64,000 bases of DNA, from NCBI GenBank assembly GCA_963837465.1, contig CAWINB010000004.1, positions 522,853 to 586,852 of the forward strand, in the 5' to 3' direction. The position numbers and the translations under genes were made by a program. The notes beneath the pieces were generated by a model. It did not search any database, was not told the DNA's origin, and was given only the letters and a program-made list of their open reading frames with translations. Of this stretch, positions 61,426-64,000 are shown in pieces; the first letter of the stretch is position 1; every line of letters starts with the position of its first letter. Origin of the DNA: Candidatus Doudnabacteria bacterium. GTDB lineage: Bacteria > Patescibacteriota > Doudnabacteria > UBA920.

Positions 61426-61758
61426 ATGATTATCATTTATGAAAAAGGAACCTGTAAAATTTGCGTGCCGGAAGGTACGCAAATTGGGAGGGTGGGTATA
61501 TCTCCCTCCGCTGGGGAGAAGTATGTAGACTGGGTTAATACCAGTCTACCCCAACCTTGGGGAAGTCCGGCCATCCGATTGCCGGATGGCAGATATTTTA
61601 AGGTCGGGTCCAGTTCTTCCGGACCCAACACCATAGAAATAATAGAAGCTCTGCCTCCCGAAACTTTATTTGTGGGGGTTAGTGAACCCCAATGGGTGGC
61701 GGCGGAAGCCCATGACCCTGGCCACAAAACCCGCAGATGGTGGGAGAGCGCTGGGTAG
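61426..61758 (+). CDS. Hypothetical protein
   Basis: 110 aa with an AGGAGG RBS. Confidence 0.6.
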   Translation: MIIIYEKGTCKICVPEGTQIGRVGISPSAGEKYVDWVNTSLPQPWGSPAIRLPDGRYFKVGSSSSGPNTIEIIEALPPETLFVGVSEPQWVAAEAHDPGHKTRRWWESAG

Positions 61759-62251
61759 CAAGCGTTACCTTTTTAGTTGGTATTTAGTCGGCGATTTTTG
61801 AAAAAAATCCTTATCAAAATTAGATTATTCAACAGATACGCGCGTTTTGAAATTTATATTTCAACACATACGTATCCCTTGAAGCAACTTAACTAGTCAA
61901 GCCACGATTTTTTGTCTTAATTGTCTCTTAAAAGGTTAATCTCACCAACTAAAAAGGTAACGCTTTCCGCTGGGTCTATCCAGTTATTCGGCGCTCGGGG
62001 AGGGGCGCCGATGCAGGTGAAGTGATAATTCTATTATAGTCGGTATTAGCCGACAAACACTGTCAAAATAGGCAGGAAGAAGTTTGCAGTAAAAACTTAG
62101 GGCTTATGCCCAAAGGACACCTTGTTAATCTTGGCATTCTTTTTTTTGTGCAAAATGCTTTTTGTGCGGCTTTTTGCTATAATATATAGAGAAAAGAATC
62201 AAATTTAGAAACAGAAAATCGTTTGGATTTAAATCCTAAATCACTAAACGC

Positions 62252-62330
62252 CATTCCGAGCGCAGCGAGGAATCCCTTAATCTGAGAATTTTAGATTAAA
62301 TAAGGGATCCCTCGGGTGCACTCGGGATGG
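62252..62330. repeat. REP/MITE-like palindrome
   Basis: cattccgagcgcagcgaggaatccc...gggatccctcgggtgcactcgggatg. Confidence 0.6.
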
Positions 62331-62374
62331 TTCGCAATCTGAAATCAAAAATCTTTACATCATAAATATTTCCT

Positions 62375-63403
62375 ATGCCCTTAGCCAAACAACGCGCGCA
62401 AAATATCAGCTTCTATCTTCTTTTAGCCATTGTCGGGTTGACGGTGGTTTTTATGTTTCTGCCTTTTTTTAAACTGATTGCATTGGGCGGGATTTTGGCC
62501 GTGCTGTTTCATCCGCTAAAGGTTAAAATTTCCAAATATATAAAGTCGCGAACTTTGGCGGCCATAATTACTTTGGTTCTGGCAATTATCATAATTATCT
62601 TACCGCTTTACGCCATTGGACAGCTGGTGTTTAACGAAATCTACAGCGTTTACAGCCACGCCAAAAATGGCGGTTTTGGTTTAAACCAGAGTGAAATATT
62701 AAACCATCTTAGCGGCAACTCGCGCCAGGCCGCGCAAAATCTTTTAAACACCGCCGGGCAAAAAATTTCCGGGCTGGCGGGCAATGCTTTTTACAGCATC
62801 AGCGGCCTGCTTTCCAACATTGCCAGTTTTGTGGTCAGCGTAATTTTGGTGGTGTTTACTTTATATTACTTTTTAAAGGACGGTGATAAATTTAAACTTT
62901 TTATGGAAAAAATTTTTCCGCTGTCCCATACCCACGAAGCTTTGCTGGTGGACAAACTGGAAATGGCCATAAAAGGAGTGGTACAGGGATCGTTTACGGT
63001 GGCGCTGCTGCAGGGCACGGTTTCCACAATCGGCTTTTATATTTTTGGCGTGCCCAACCCGCTGCTGTGGGGCGTGTTTACAGTGCTTGCCGCCCTGGTT
63101 CCCACCGTGGGCACTTTACTGTCGCTTGTCCCGGCGGTTCTCTATTTGTTCATTACCGGCCATACCGGAGACGGCATTGGCATGACTATTTGGGCATTTT
63201 GCAGTATTCAGGGCATAGACAATTTTATTAGTCCCCGGTTGATTGGACACAAAACCAATTTGCATCCGCTGCTGACTTTATTAAGCATTCTTGGAGGCAT
63301 TGGCATGTTCGGCTATTTGGGATTTTTAATCGGGCCAATCCTGATGGCGGTGTTTATGGCGCTTCTTGATATTTACGCGGACGGGGCAAAGCAGAAAACG
63401 TAG
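62375..63403 (+). CDS. AI-2E family transporter
   Basis: LAVLFHPL, YYFLKDG, LVPTVGT, DNFISPRLIG, GFLIGP. Confidence 0.9.
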   Translation: MPLAKQRAQNISFYLLLAIVGLTVVFMFLPFFKLIALGGILAVLFHPLKVKISKYIKSRTLAAIITLVLAIIIIILPLYAIGQLVFNEIYSVYSHAKNGGFGLNQSEILNHLSGNSRQAAQNLLNTAGQKISGLAGNAFYSISGLLSNIASFVVSVILVVFTLYYFLKDGDKFKLFMEKIFPLSHTHEALLVDKLEMAIKGVVQGSFTVALLQGTVSTIGFYIFGVPNPLLWGVFTVLAALVPTVGTLLSLVPAVLYLFITGHTGDGIGMTIWAFCSIQGIDNFISPRLIGHKTNLHPLLTLLSILGGIGMFGYLGFLIGPILMAVFMALLDIYADGAKQKT

Positions 63404-63404
63404 T

Positions 63405-63467
63405 TGCGGCGTGCCCGATTTTTTGGGCGTCGATGGCTTTGTCGCCCAACAAACCGGGCACGCCGCA
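63405..63467. terminator. GC-rich stem-loop after the AI-2E gene
   Basis: tgcggcgtgcccg...cgggcacgccgca. Confidence 0.45.
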
Positions 63468-63520
63468 GGGCTCCATGGAAAAATATTGCTCCCACCCCCA
63501 ATTTGTACTAATATTCATGT

Positions 63521-64000
63521 ATGAAGCCCTCTAAAAACATCCACAAACTCGCGCAGGGTTTCCCGCCCACCATCCTTACCATTTTTGGCGCCACCGGCGA
63601 CCTGTCCGCGGACTATCTTCTGCCTGCGCTTTTGCATATGGACGAACACGGGCTGTTGCCTAAAACTTTTAAGCTGGTCTGCGTGGGTCGGCGTCCCCTT
63701 AACGCCAAAAATTATCTGGAGTTTATTTTAAAAAAATCCCACGTCCTGAAAAAATTAAGCCCGGCAAAAAAATCCAAATTTTTAAGGCACTTGGTTTATT
63801 ACAAAGGCGACTTTGTCCAGCCGGAAGATTTTAAAGGTTTGGCCGAGGTCTTGTCGGATACTGAAAAACCAAAACACACCTGTTACAACCGGCTGTTTTA
63901 TTTTGCCACCAGCCCCCAGCAGTTTGCCGGCATCACCCACATTTTAAAAACTTCGGGACTGCTTATGGCCTGTAGCGGCCACGAGCGAAAAGTCCGCGTG
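63521..64000 (+). CDS. zwf: Glucose-6-phosphate dehydrogenase, 3'-partial
   Basis: ILTIFGATGDLS...LLPAL, CVGRR, NRLFYFATSP; runs off the window. Confidence 0.88.
   Translation, partial: MKPSKNIHKLAQGFPPTILTIFGATGDLSADYLLPALLHMDEHGLLPKTFKLVCVGRRPLNAKNYLEFILKKSHVLKKLSPAKKSKFLRHLVYYKGDFVQPEDFKGLAEVLSDTEKPKHTCYNRLFYFATSPQQFAGITHILKTSGLLMACSGHERKVRV

Overview
The window looks like Patescibacteria/CPR chromosome (an inference from gene content and style). The left flank (1-11.3 kb) holds a surface-polysaccharide operon, a type IV pilus cluster (pilB, pilC, pilM, pilN/O-like) and tRNA-Arg. The right flank (54.8-64 kb) holds holA, a truncated eamA, a nested IS, typA, an AI-2E transporter and the start of zwf. 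Between them is a ~42-kb island starting at the 3' CCA end of tRNA-Lys(CTT). It resolves into a head-to-tail array of five large-serine-recombinase elements or remnants joined at a CACCA(A) core (12479, 34737, 39402, 53440, 54438). In four of them the core lies inside the recombinase reading frame as a Leu-Val codon pair, so each enzyme borrows its C-terminal tail from its neighbour or from the tRNA antisense strand. The two large elements (12.5-34.7 kb and 39.4-53.4 kb) each carry a second, inverted copy of the attachment junction (15429, 43457). This splits each into a small recombinase module and a cargo module bracketed by ~400-460-bp inverted repeats, so the excised circles would resemble a 2-micron plasmid or plastid genome. 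Cargo includes a VirD4-like protein plus a Replic_Relax relaxase, a leading-region-like block with repeated hairpin leaders, a type I RM operon with embedded Sir2-HerA, a tiny acidic ORF, bactofilin, a rolling-circle Rep element and a ~2560-aa Ig/IPT surface protein with an HExxH motif. Mechanistic readings are inferences. Several single-base frameshifts mean assembly error must be excluded.
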